Shown: positions 13,197 to 26,424 of the stretch, one piece after another
How positions within the stretch are numbered: position 1 is the first letter of the stretch
How the letters are laid out: each line of letters starts with the position of its first letter
From: Octopus bimaculoides
Taxonomy: Eukaryota
Reading direction: 5' to 3'
DNA: 64,000 bases
Assembly: GCF_001194135.2 (NCBI RefSeq)
Contig: NC_069003.1
Coordinates: 28,759,498 to 28,823,497 of the forward strand
Program-made: the position numbers and the translations under genes
The notes under the pieces: generated by a model
What the model saw: only the letters and a program-made list of their open reading frames with translations
The model's database searches: none
What the model was told of the DNA's origin: nothing

Positions 13197-13284
13197 AGCA
13201 AATAAACTGCAAATAAACAGCAAATAAACAGCAAATAAACAGCAAATAAACAGCAAATAAACAGCAAATAAACAGCAAATAAAT
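13197..13284. repeat. Tandem 11-mer (AGCAAATAAAC) x8
   Basis: Read directly; two units carry single substitutions. Confidence 0.95.
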
Positions 13285-13330
13285 ACCTTATATCAGATCA
13301 CTTTGTTTAAGCTTTGGATTTTACTTGCAG

Positions 13331-13353
13331 GAGAAATGGCATTCAATACTTGC
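13331..13353 (+). CDS. Candidate 23-nt microexon (EKWHSIL-A)
   Basis: Acceptor TTGGATTTTACTTGCAG| and donor TGC|GTTAGT. Followed by a 67-nt intron with branch-like GACTGAT and a TTATTTGACAG acceptor. Confidence 0.45.
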
Positions 13354-13420
13354 GTTAGTGTGTAATATATATTTAGTGTACATATAAGCCTGTTGACTGA
13401 TGTTATTTGTTATTTGACAG

Positions 13421-13466
13421 GGAACTTTCACATGTGATTAATTCTCCATCGAGAAAACGCAGCGAT
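13421..13466 (+). CDS. Candidate 46-nt exon (ELSHVINSPSRKRSD)
   Basis: Acceptor TGTTATTTGTTATTTGACAG| and donor GAT|GTATGT. Only one frame is open and it is exactly the frame delivered by 13331-13353. Caveat: the donor is also the start of a (TATC)n tract. Confidence 0.45.
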
Positions 13467-13872
13467 GTATGTATCTATCTATCTATCTATCTACCTATCT
13501 ATCTATCTATCTATNNNNNNNNNNTATATTAGTGTATATACACTTATATACATATATGTGTGTATATGTATGTGTGTGTGTGTATGCGTGTTGTACATGT
13601 ACATTAATATACACATGTGTATGTATTCAAACATATATATTCGCATACCTTTGGTATCTGTGTGTTTTGTACGTGTATACGTGTGTACGCATCTGTGTGC
13701 GTGTGTGTGTGAGTGTGTGTGTGTGAGTGTGTGTGTGTGTGTGTGTGTGCGTGTGCTAGCCTGTGTGCATGTATGTATACGTACACATGTATTTAAAAAT
13801 CTCTGTCTATATATATGTATGTCTGTATATATGTATATGTATATATTGCGTATGTATATGTGAGTATATCTA

Positions 13873-13903
<31 letters not shown>

Positions 13904-14994
13904 ATATATATATATCTATCCATCTATCTGTCTATATATGTCTCTCTCTACCTCTCTATATATGCTATTGATAATATCTAAAAGTTGAACAAGTATCTTC
14001 GTGCACTTTTCTTGACTGTGGGACAGTGGCTATATATATATTTTAAATTGGTACATCATGCAATGCGTTCAGTCCTTTCAGACCGCTTGTGGTGCAATGC
14101 GAGTGGCATTTAACTGTTATCACTAAGCGGTCTTCTAACCATGTGGTAGCTTTCACCTGTGTTGTTTGTAATTTCGTGTTGCATTGTTATTAGAATAGAG
14201 ATTTTCTAGACGACACAATTCTGCAACCAAATCAAATACATCAACCTGAATTTCATTATTAATATGTCACTTTGTGTGTTACTAATAAAGAAAAGTAAAT
14301 TGCCTTAGGATAAAACAAAAAGAATTTAAAATTAACTTTGAAGATTGGCATATTCAGCACAATGACGTAATTATTCCCTTACTATCTATTAGTTCTTGAC
14401 CATCAAATTCTGAGATCATATCTTGCTGAGTTTTAGTTCATCAATGTGAGATCGGCAAAATATATGCCAGACGAGTTGCGGATTTATTGCGGATTTATTG
14501 TGGGCTGATAATGTATTTTACTTACATGTGGCGGTTTGATCACATTGCTGACCACCAGTAATAGCCAGTAATAAAACAAAATCCTTGTTCAAAGGACAAC
14601 TGGCACCAAGTTCGAATGGACGTGTATAAAATATTAGTAGTTTGACAAGCTGGTTCAATATTTGTTCGCCGTATACAAATGATATTTTATAGAGGGAAGA
14701 CATTTTCTAGTATATTGCATATATTTCGATAAATGTTTATATAATGAGTGGTTTTCTTGGGAATTATCAATTTCGTATTGAATATATGACACCAAATATT
14801 GTTTCGGAAATAAAATGACTTCGAGAGGAGACTCTTCACCAAGTATTCTCTCAATTATCTACGAATAATTTTCTTGTCACGTCACATAGAGACAAACTGT
14901 CTCATTAAACAAACTGACTGACTGAAAATTTGCCACTTATTCTTCTACACCGAGTAATTAATAATAAGATTCTTTTATTTCTACTTCAGTTGTC

Positions 14995-15555
<561 letters not shown>

Positions 15556-15998
15556 GGATGAATAACATACAGCCCATGTTTCACTTTGAGATCTAAAAGG
15601 ATTGAAACATACATGGTGTTGTCTCACCTGCTTGCCGAAATTATTGTATACAATCACTATAATTTATCGTCACAGTATAATTATACGCCTAATTACTTTT
15701 GATGTTTAATTCATATTATAAATCAGCACTAAATTCTCTATATATTTTCTGCCCGTTTATCACTTTGTATCACAACATGAATATGTCTTCCGCGATTTAA
15801 ATGTGCCATCACTTAAATAGGATTATACTATTTCTCATGGCTCTCAGCCTAATTTTCTTTTAATCCCTCTGTCTGTATGTATCTCTATATACCAGTCTGG
15901 ACTAATTATTATTACTAATCCGGTTTAAAATACAGCCTGTTCAATATATTAGTACTACCTGAATTACTTGGTTATCTATCTATCTATCTGTCTATCTG

Positions 15999-16059
<61 letters not shown>

Positions 16060-17032
16060 TCCTGTGTATCTGTCTATCTCTCTTCCCCCCTCTCTCTCTT
16101 CGTCATATAAATATATATACATTGATATGAAGTACCAATTTACTATTATCTGTTATAGAAATATGAGCAACGGCCACAAGTTGACTTAAACTTTTGGAAC
16201 CAAATAGATGTTAATTTATGCCATAATTTAAGCTGTTAGCTTGCATATTGACTGCAGTCAATAATAACCATCTAGCAAAGAATATACATGATTGCTTAAA
16301 GTTTGCCTATAGTGGAAGTGACTCAAAGTCTAAGTATAGTATCAACTTTTTACCGTAATAATTGATTGTATTGTATATATACTTCCATTATTAAGAATAT
16401 TGTACAAAGAATGAGTATGTATATGCATGCGCATATATGAATATATATANNNNNNNNNNNNNNNNNNNNNNNNNNNNNNNNNNNNNNNNNNNNNNNNNNN
16501 NNNNNNNNNNNNNNNNNNNNNNNNNNNNNNNNNNNNNNNNNNNNNNNNNNNNNNNNNNNNNNNNNNNNNNNNNNNNNNNNNNNNNNNNNNNNNNNNNNNN
16601 NNNNNNNNNNNNNNNNNNNNNNNNNNNNNNNNNNNNNNNNNNNNNNNNNNNNNNNNNNNNNNNNNNNNNNNNNNNNNNNNNNNNNNNNNNNNNNNNNNNN
16701 NNNNNNNNNNNNNNNNNNNNNNNNNNNNNNNNNNNNNNNNNNNNNNNNNNNNNNNNNNNNNNNNNNNNNNNNNNNNNNNNNNNNNNNNNNNNNNNNNNNN
16801 NNNNNNNNNNNNNNNNNNNNNNNNNNNNNNNNNNNNNNNNNNNNNNNNNNNNNNNNNNNNNNNNNNNNNNNNNNNNNNNNNNNNNNNNNNNNNNNNNNNN
16901 NNNNNNNNNNNNNNNNNNNNNNNNNNNNNNNNNNNNNNNNNNNNNNNNNNNNNNNNNNNNNNNNNNNNNNNNNNNNNNNNNNNNNNNNNNNNNNNNNNNN
17001 NNNNNNNNNNNNNNNNNNNNTGTGTGTGTGTA

Positions 17033-17093
<61 letters not shown>

Positions 17094-18461
17094 ATATATA
17101 TATATAAGTTGTATGGGGTAAATCCCTTTGAGCCTAAACATCTACACAGTTGTTTCATTCAAATAGACACATATTGTGTGCATCAAATACGCTTGAGTAA
17201 TTGTGTACATGCACTTCTTAAATATTTCACTTAGAATATTTATAATTGCATATTGGGGATTAACCTGCTTATCTATTATGCGCGCGCGCAAGTGTGTATG
17301 TGTATGTATGTGTGATTGAGTGAGTATGCGTATGTATGCGTATGTGTGTATATGCATGTATGTAAAACAAAGTGTAAATATTGGTTTGAAAAACGTTTTT
17401 AAATATGTGCTTCGATATCTACTGTTACCAACCATCAAAAAAGAAAAAAATTGCGTTTGATCGAAAGTTATAAATTCTAATGATATCAACTATATACACT
17501 TGTGTATGTATGTATACATGTATGTGAGCGTGTATTTACGTGTGTGTGTGTGCACGCGTTTTTGCATGTGTGTTTATTCTAGGCCGGCACAGCGTGGTTT
17601 ATGAATAAGTATCCATATACTGTGTGATGTACGTTCAATAAATATATACCTTTAACATAACCGTGAAAATAGTACAACAGAATATTTTGAATCAATGCGA
17701 GATCACAAGACACATACTTTATTTAATGAATATCAGTCGTTTAGTGGACGAAATTACCATAAATAATAGTTCTAAGCTCTCTCTAATTATATATNNNNNN
17801 NNNNNNNNNNNNNNNNNNNNNNNNNNNNNNNNNNNNNNNNNNNNNNNNNNNNNNNNNNNNNNNNNNNNNNNNNNNNNNNNNNNNNNNNNNNNNNNNNNNN
17901 NNNNNNNNNNNNNNNNNNNNNNNNNNNNNNNNNNNNNNNNNNNNNNNNNNNNNNNNNNNNNNNNNNNNNNNNNNNNNNNNNNNNNNNNNNNNNNNNNNNN
18001 NNNNNNNNNNNNNNNNNNNNNNNNNNNNNNNNNNNNNNNNNNNNNNNNNNNNNNNNNNNNNNNNNNNNNNNNNNNNNNNNNNNNNNNNNNNNNNNNNNNN
18101 NNNNNNNNNNNNNNNNNNNNNNNNNNNNNNNNNNNNNNNNNNNNNNNNNNNNNNNNNNNNNNNNNNNNNNNNNNNNNNNNNNNNNNNNNNNNNNNNNNNN
18201 NNNNNNNNNNNNNNNNNNNNNNNNNNNNNNNNNNNNNNNNNNNNNNNNNNNNNNNNNNNNNNNNNNNNNNNNNNNNNNNNNNNNNNNNNNNNNNNNNNNN
18301 NNNNNNNNNNNNNNNNNNNNNNNNNNNNNNNNNNNNNNNNNNNNNNNNNNNNNNNNNNNNNNNNNNNNNNNNNNNNNNNNNNNNNNNNNNNNNNNNNNNN
18401 NNNNNNNNNNNNNNNNNNNNNNNNNNNNNNNNNNNNNNNNNNNNNNNNNNNNNNNNNNNNN

Positions 18462-18501
<40 letters not shown>

Positions 18502-18507
18502 ACACAC

Positions 18508-18542
<35 letters not shown>

Positions 18543-18550
18543 CATACATA

Positions 18551-18707
18551 TATACGACTGGATTCTTTCAACTTCCTTCTACCAAATCCACTCACAAAGC
18601 TTTGGTCAACCCGAGGCTATAGTAGAAGAGACATGCCCAAGGTGCCACGCAGTGGGAATGGACCCGGAACCATATGGTTGGTGGGAAAGCTACTTACCAC
18701 ACGACCA
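18551..18707 (-). mobile_element. SINE-D head
   Basis: Reverse complement aligns with 43662-43770 and 14995-15150; tRNA-like A/B boxes; (CA)n(TA)n directly adjacent. Confidence 0.9.
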
Positions 18708-19458
18708 TATATTTTTTTTTATATTCAGAGGAGCGTGCCCATCCAAGGTGTAGGGTCGTGGTGTTAGACCGGGAGACGTACTAAAATCTATCATCCAGGC
18801 AGGCTGTGTCAAGATTTGAGATCAAAGGGAAAAGAGGCGAATAAATGTTGTAAGAATTACGGCTGGTCGTTCATTTAACTCCGCCAATTTATTACTCTTT
18901 CCATTGCTATTTGTTTTTACCGTCTGCGATAAGCTCACATTCGAAAATCAATATGGGCAAGATTTGAACTCAAAAAGCAAAGCGTCAAATGCTACAACGA
19001 TACAGACGTTTTGCTGCCAGTGGAAACGAAATACAATACAACACAAAACAGTGAAATTATTCAAATTGTTCCTTAAATTCAGTAATGCAACATAACGATA
19101 AAGTAGTTTTGTGATTTATTTTTCGTCAAGTGTATGTTTTTCTTACTACTCTACCAAAAAATGAAATATGGCAATGAATATTTCAGCAATACAGTCTCTA
19201 ATTAAAGAAAAAGAAAACACGGCGAGGGAGACAGGAAGAAGAAAGGGAAAGGTGATAAAAATGGTGAAATATTACCTAAAAGATTCAATCAGTAGAAGAA
19301 TTACTCCTACTCTAAATGTATTTCGATTTATTGAAAACAAGTCCTTCCATCCATAGAGACTATTTATTTTTGTTCTGGGTAAACTTTTACTAAAAAAGAA
19401 AAAAACGAAATTCTTCAGTCAGTAAAACAGTCGATTCTAATAAATGTCTGTTTTGCAG

Positions 19459-19471
19459 ACTGAAGCTGTTT
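19459..19471 (+). CDS. Candidate 13-nt microexon (TEAV-); alternative donor at 19482
   Basis: Branch-like TTCTAAT and acceptor ATGTCTGTTTTGCAG|; donor T|GTAAAT or C|GTATTA. Confidence 0.25.
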
Positions 19472-20011
19472 GTAAATTATACGTATTAGTTTCCGTTTAA
19501 ATATTTATTGATATGCAACAATTGTGATAAAAACATTCTTCATCTTGTATGAAAATAATTCACTGAATCTTATCACCTTAGCTTCGTTTATGTGTAAGTT
19601 ATTTCATCGAAATGTTACTTTAATGGTATGCCTAAAATTATTATGTAAGAATAAAAAGTTGCAGTTAGCACTTATCGTCTGCTACAAACACTACTAAGAT
19701 GTAGACGTGTAGAAATGTGAGTCCATTTATATAGTTACACTGTCTACAAGAAATAATCCTCAAATCACCCCAAAAAAAAGACTCATCATAATGAATATAT
19801 TAAGTACAACTGTATGTAAATATTACAGACATATATACATAAACAAATGTGTATATGTATATATACACACACACATGCATATATATATATATATATATAN
19901 NNNNNNNNNNNNNNNNNNNNNNNNNNNNNNNNNNNNNNNNNNNNNNNNNNNNNNNNNNNNNNNNNNNNNNNNNNNNNNNNNNNNNNNNNNNNNNNNNNNN
20001 NNNNNNNNNNN

Positions 20012-20058
<47 letters not shown>

Positions 20059-20070
20059 CAGAGAGAGAGA

Positions 20071-20101
<31 letters not shown>

Positions 20102-20119
20102 TCTGTTATTGTTTTTTTT

Positions 20120-20300
20120 CTTTTACATGTGTCAGTATTTAGACTCAGACATGCTGGGGAACCGACTTGATGAATTTTAGTCGATCAAAATGCTCCAAGT
20201 ACTTCAAAATCTGGTACTTATCGCTCTCTTTTGTTACGGGGATGTAAACACACCATCACCGGTTGTCAGGTAGTGGTGGGAGACAAGCACAGACAATAAC
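20120..20300 (-). mobile_element. SINE-D tail
   Basis: CATGCTGGGG..TTTTAGTCGATCAAAAT..GGTACTTATC..TTACGGGGATGTAAACACACCATCACCGGTTGTCA..GACAAGCACAGAC is the reverse complement of 43860-44050. Confidence 0.8.
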
Positions 20301-20361
20301 ACACACACAAACATACACATACACGTATATATGTATATATACATACATATTTATATATAAC

Positions 20362-20414
20362 TGGAGGCGCAATGTCCAGATTTTAGGTCAGCGAACTCGC
20401 AGTCATAGGATCAC
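20362..20414 (+). mobile_element. SINE-B tRNA-like head fragment
   Basis: TGGAGGCGCAATGTCCAG..GGTCAGCGAACTCGCAGTCATAGGATCAC matches the reverse complement of 36380-36435. Confidence 0.75.
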
Positions 20415-21938
20415 TGATAGACCACCGGTGAGTCCACTGGAACAAATGGATGCATCCTGATTTGGGTAATGTAGTTTCATCCGTATTTAAGAAATATCAT
20501 ATTTATTTCATTCACTTACATAAATTGTCCATTTTTGATTGAACGACAGAACAATATCTCAGTAGAAATATTCCAAGCCTCAACAGAATTATGGCCATGT
20601 ATGGCATGAATGCAAGCAATGATAGGATTGCTCAAGGCCTTTCTACTTAAAAAAAAAATTGCAGATCTGTCTAGAAATTTTCCTGAAGCAATAAGAAATG
20701 ATTCACAAGCTGCATGCAAAACTGCTTTTATCAATCTAAAGAATACATGACATAACGTATGCGAAGACACTGCTACAATGCAGGCCAAAAGCCCGCACAA
20801 TCATCATTACACTAGAGTTTTATCCTTCATTTGTTTGCAATTTTCCAGTGTGTTCGAAATGAAATTCATGCTGACACAATAGCAGAAACAAATGTTTCTC
20901 TTGAATTTATATGCTACCAAAATGGCACCCTCTAGAAGCTATAACTGGTACACATGCAAAGATGCCATTATTTTTCTACTTGGTGGTAACGAAGAATTTT
21001 ATCAAACTGCCAGAATGTTATTAAACAAGTTTCCAGCAGAGAATAACCACCAATAAGCATTCATAGAACTTATAACCCTATCATGTACCCCTATATTTTG
21101 TCTTGTGATTTGAGGCTGTTAACACAATATAATTAACCAAAGAGGGAATAAAACAAATAACATGTCTTCAAATTTATTCTTTTCTTATCACAGAAAACAA
21201 ACAAACTGATTCTGTATAATATATGACACTAAGGAACTACGTGCGTTAGAGCAGTCATATGTAGACCAATATGCAGATATCCATTCTTATCGTAGGCAGC
21301 ATATTCAACACAATATAAAGGCCCTAAAAGCAGATCCGTATAAAGATTTGGCAGATAAAACTTTGGAAGTGAGGTTGATCGGCCTGGAAGATGATAAGCT
21401 CTCTCCAACATATTCAGAGGCAGTCTATGATATATGACAAAACACTAGCAACATCGGAAAGAAATCTGAAAAACAAAGACAATATCATTTGTGACATTGG
21501 CTTGTGTCTAAATGGAACAAAATGAGAAAAAACTAAACTGAGGTAAATCGTCCTAAAATAATTACACACATTTTGAAACTAAAGGGGTATGGATTTCAAC
21601 CAGATTTCAAATTTGTGATTTTAGCGATAGTAATAGTACACATGTGCAGAATTTAATTTTGCAAACAGGGTAAAACTGATTGTCAATTTATTTGATATCA
21701 GAAATCAGCTAGAAATCAGTCAGAAATGAGAATAACAGTAAAGTTAATGAGTGTCCAATTCTTTCGAAGTCTCTTTGCATTTAAACTGAATATATTTCAT
21801 ATTAAAGTCAGCATTTCAAACTGAAAAACAATTTAAATGTGAAGTTTTCTCTTTTTGCCTTCAATAAAAGTAAGGGCCTCAAAGTATCGACACTAAAAAA
21901 CTACAACGCAGAAAGAATAAAATTTGATGCATTCCTGA

Positions 21939-21985
<47 letters not shown>

Positions 21986-22917
21986 CACGGACACACACAC
22001 ACGGACACGGACACGGATACACATACATACACACTTGTATATCATCAAACACATACACGTATTTATCATCAATTTGTGGCTCATAAATAAAAGCAACAGT
22101 TTTATATATCAATCGGTGTATATTTTATAATCTTGGCTTTTAAAGTTTGCTCTTAAGAAATGTTACATAAAACTTAGCATTTGAAGCGGTAGTCTTTTCA
22201 TGGTAAGTCTCTTTCATTTTTCTCCACGTCTTCGCCGTTTTGCTCACCGAAAAAATGTCTGTGAATTTCAATGTATGTATGTATGTATATGTGTTCATAT
22301 ATATACATCTACATACACACAAGCACATACACACATATATAGACAGATACAAAGATATATATATTTATAGACAGATGGATAGGTAGATAGATATGGATAT
22401 AAATATGTCAATATATATTGGTTAATATCTGAGTTATAAAATTAGGCGACAAAGTTAATTTATGCTACATACCGTCCTGTGTCATTGAGTTTCTAACTGT
22501 TTACTAAATCATTTTATTTCTCTATGCCGTTTAGCAGTCTACAAATTGTTTCATCAATAATACTTAAGTAAATGGTTCGATCAATAATACAGAAGTTATA
22601 TTACTCGTCAAAGACGTGTCTACTCTCTTGAGGACCACAAAATAATAACACATTCTTGGTGAGTGAAAATAGAGAGGCGGTGGTGATAATCTACGACTGT
22701 TTAATATACCATTTATATTGGTTGTATTTATTCTTCATGTTTTTTTTTATTTATAAACGTTACGGAATACGGTAATACCTTTTAATTTAATACACCCTGT
22801 GCTTCAAAGTGCCCATTACATAAAGTGAAAATATTCCGCACATATTTTCCAAGTTACAAGGCATAATTGGAACTTGCACTGCGTCAATGTTGAGATATTT
22901 CTCAATTTCTCACATGC

Positions 22918-23148
22918 ATCTACAATGCATTGGTTATCTCCGTTCTATTCTATGAGGCAGAAACGTGGTCCCTCTTGAATATCCTGACAGAGAATCAACG
23001 GCTTCGACAGCAGATCCCTAGGAACCATCCACAATATCAGATGGTACCTTTATGTTTCCAACAAAGGACTGCGTGCGTGCACGCATCATCCCGCAACCTC
23101 CCACCTCATAGCAATCCGTCGCTGGTACAGCCATGTACTTCGTCGCCT
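22918..23148 (+). mobile_element. RTE-clade LINE ORF2 C-terminal fragment
   Basis: YNALVISVLFYEAETWSL, frameshift, ERINGFDSRSLGTIHNIRWYLYVSNKGLRACTHHPATSHLIAIRRWYSHVLRR. Matches the RTE signature V.SVLLYG.ETW...F..R.LR.I..I.W...VSN..L...WYGHVLR. Confidence 0.85.
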
Positions 23149-24074
23149 TGTTCTGTGTGAGTTGAGATATTCTGTATTGCCAGTTTCATCCGATCATCGC
23201 AACTATGAAGTTCAAAGATAGGTAGCATCGTAGAAGTTTCATTATATGAAAGCCGAAATCTGCTAAAAATTTTCATTATACGAGAACCGATATCAATTAA
23301 AAACTTCATATATTAAAATTATATTTTAGATTTGAGAGTTGAAAAATGTATTCTTTGCATGCAAGTTTTATAGATAGAATTACAAAGTAATGATGTCCAT
23401 TAATCCTTATTGATATATTGTAATAACAATAACAAACTCCAGAATAAGCTACAAGTTGCACTGTTATTAATATGTCGAGATAGTTTTCAGTTTACAACAA
23501 TAAAGCTAATATATTATAATATATTATTCGGTGTTTGTCGCAATTTACATGCTTATTTACAAGCTTATTTACATTATACAATATGCTAAGGGTACACTTT
23601 CAATAGTATTACGTGGTTCATAATATAAGACACAGGCTTTGATAAAAAAGATAAACACTTTGTAGTATTTTACGAGCTGTAGTAAACACCAATATTTACA
23701 TTTCACATAACAATTCACCTTGGATATGCTGCATCATCAATCGTTGAATTGTCATCATACGTTTGGGAAACTTAAATTTAATCTCTAGCTTTGGCGTGCT
23801 CATAAGACAAATGTGATAATAAATTTGTCTATGTATTCAACAATAAAGGAAGCTTCAACAAGCGTGTTAGCTATTTCCGCCTCCACTGATGCATTCAAAA
23901 CTACTGATCTGTAAGATCTAATATTATTCTTAAAATTGGATAGGAAGGATAACCTAGCTTCCAGTTATTTCATGAAATGACACCGCTGCGGCAAGACGTT
24001 ACTAAATGAGATATCGCTGAATTTCTCAGTAAGAAAGTACTTTGCTGTACAAAACCAATATACTGAGTTAAATT

Positions 24075-24274
24075 CTGTTGTTGGCATTCCGTCGCTTACG
24101 ACCTCGAGGGTTCCAGTTGATCCGATCAACGGAACAGCCTGCTCGTGAAATTAACGTGCAAGTAGCTGAGCACTTCACAGACACGTGTACCCTTAACGTA
24201 GTTCTCGGGGATATTCAGCGTGACACAGTGTGACAAGGCTGACCCTTTGAATTACAGGCACAACACAGGAAACA
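24075..24274 (-). mobile_element. SINE-B 3' half with CAACAACAG tail
   Basis: Near-identical to 36119-36250 (ACGGAACAGCCTGCTCGT..TTAACGTGCAAGT..ACACGTGTACCCTTAACGTAGTTCTCGGGGATATTCAGCGTGACA). Confidence 0.9.
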
Positions 24275-24370
24275 TATTCCACCTTTATTTCACAAAAAGT
24301 TAAATTATTTGTTTTAGACAGTGACATTATGGTGTCATGCTTTCCTTGCAATATTACTATTATGAAACCT

Positions 24371-25037
24371 AAGGCGGCAAGCTAGCAGAATCGTTAGCAC
24401 GCTGGGCAGAATGTTCAGCGGTTTTCCGTCCGTCTTTAGGTTCAAATTCCACCAAGGTCGACTTTGCCTTTTATACTATCCGGGTCAATAAATAAAGTAC
24501 CAGTGAGACACTGTCGTCGATGTAATCGATAAATACCCTCCCACCAAAATTTCAGGCCTCGTGTCTTTAGTAGAAACATTATTATTGTGATACCTAAGGC
24601 GGCGTGCTGGTAGAATTGTTAGCACGCCTGGCGAAGTGTTTGGCGGTTTTTCGTCCGTCTTTACGTTCTGGATTCAAATTCCGCCTCGGTCGACTGTGCT
24701 TTTCACCCTTTCGGGGTCACTAATTTAAGTACCTGTGGAACACTGGGGTCGGTGTAATCGATTTATTTCTCACCCGAAATTGCTAGCCTTGTACAAAAAT
24801 TTCAAATTGTTATTATGATACCAAGGGGGTAAATTGGCAAAATCATTACCATGCCGGGAAAAATGCTTAGCGACATTTCTCGTCCCAATTTACGTTTTGA
24901 GTTCAAATTCTGCTGCGGTCGACTTTGCCATGCAACCTCTCCGGGTCGATGAAATAATTACCAGCTATGCATTGGGGTCGATGAAATCGATTAGCTCCTC
25001 CCCTATATTTCTCTCTTTGGCCTAGAGTAGAGAAGAT
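24371..25037 (+). mobile_element. Three head-to-tail SINE-C copies (24371-24582, 24596-24810, 24823-25037)
   Basis: Each has the GGCGGC..GCAGAATCGTTAGCAC head, a GTTCAAATTC B box, GGTCGACTTTGC and GTCGATGTAATCGA. Separated and flanked by TATTRYGAWACC(T). Confidence 0.92.
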
Positions 25038-25406
25038 TATTGCGATACCTCCTGGTATTTCCATCAACTTGCATTACATTTTACATTTCCATAGCAGCTC
25101 TAACTATTTTCTACATCGCTTCGTCTTAAGTTATTTATTCCTCGCTTTCCTTCTACTTCGCTTTCATTTTCCTATTATATTCGCAATTGTCTTTGATTCT
25201 CAGAACATTTGTTTCTTCGCACGTCGCTCTGCTATAAGCAACTTTTATTCTCACTTTCTGGCCTCATTTCTTTTCTCTCTCTTTGATCTTCAGTTTCATT
25301 TTGCATTCTAGTAATCGCATTGTGTATTGCATGTGCACTTAGACTCTCTCCTTCATTAACAACTGTCTCTGATCTTCTCTCTTTACCCTTTCTTTATCTC
25401 TCTCGT

Positions 25407-25439
<33 letters not shown>

Positions 25440-26325
25440 ATATCTATCTATCTATCTACCTACCTATCTATCGATCTAGCTATCTATTTTTTTTATCAGA
25501 CTAGCCCCGAGGGTCTCTTGAAACAAGACTAATAAGACTGCAATTCATTTTTAATTCTGAAATTGCATCATACGCTCATATTTCAAACACATATACTCGT
25601 TACACATTGAATTATTGACGTCTATATATATATTTTTTATTTCTCGACATAAAAGTAAAAATACTTTCCTTCTTAAGTCCCATGCTGTTAACGAAAATGA
25701 ATTCGCTCGTATAGGGAATAGTAACCGTGACGTCAATGCATCAATAGTTTTCCACCAACTCTCTCTTAGCCTTTAGCCAAACATAATTGTATATACGCAT
25801 ATACAATACCTACATACATTCTTACATTTGTGTGTACATGCATCTATGCATGCATACATACATAAATACATACATACGTACATGCATACATATACAAATA
25901 CATACATACAAAAATAAATACGTTCATACATATATATCCATTAATACATACATACACACGTAAATACATAAACACATATACACATAAATACATACATACG
26001 TACATACATACATACAAACGCTCATGGATGCATGCACACGCGTAATTAAAATTATCAATACATATAGCTTTAGTTAAAAGGTTGGATGAAAACAAAGTTA
26101 AGTGATGCCCAACGTTACGACAATATAGAGAAAATTTCAATTCATAGAAACACTATTTCCAAACAGAGCTCGATAACAGCACAAAGATAGAAAAATAGAT
26201 GGATGGATGGATGGATGGATGGATGGATGGATAAACAGACAGACAGACAGACAAACATACATAAATAGATAGATAGCTGGATAGATAATTAGATAGATAG
26301 ATAGGTAGATAGATTAATAGTTGGA

Positions 26326-26359
<34 letters not shown>

Positions 26360-26424
26360 CAGAGAGCTGCATAAATAAATAGACTGAGAGATATGGAGAG
26401 AATGTGAGAATAAATCAAGCCGAA

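Noticed and set aside
21229-21411. YLHIGL in the minus ORF resembling the neuroligin/carboxylesterase C-terminus
   Set aside because: Only six residues match; spacing to the upstream Tyr and all flanking motifs disagree.
24358-25050. CRISPR-like repeat/spacer appearance
   Set aside because: The intervening units are about 215-bp homologous SINEs rather than unique 30-40-nt spacers, the context is eukaryotic, and there are no cas genes.
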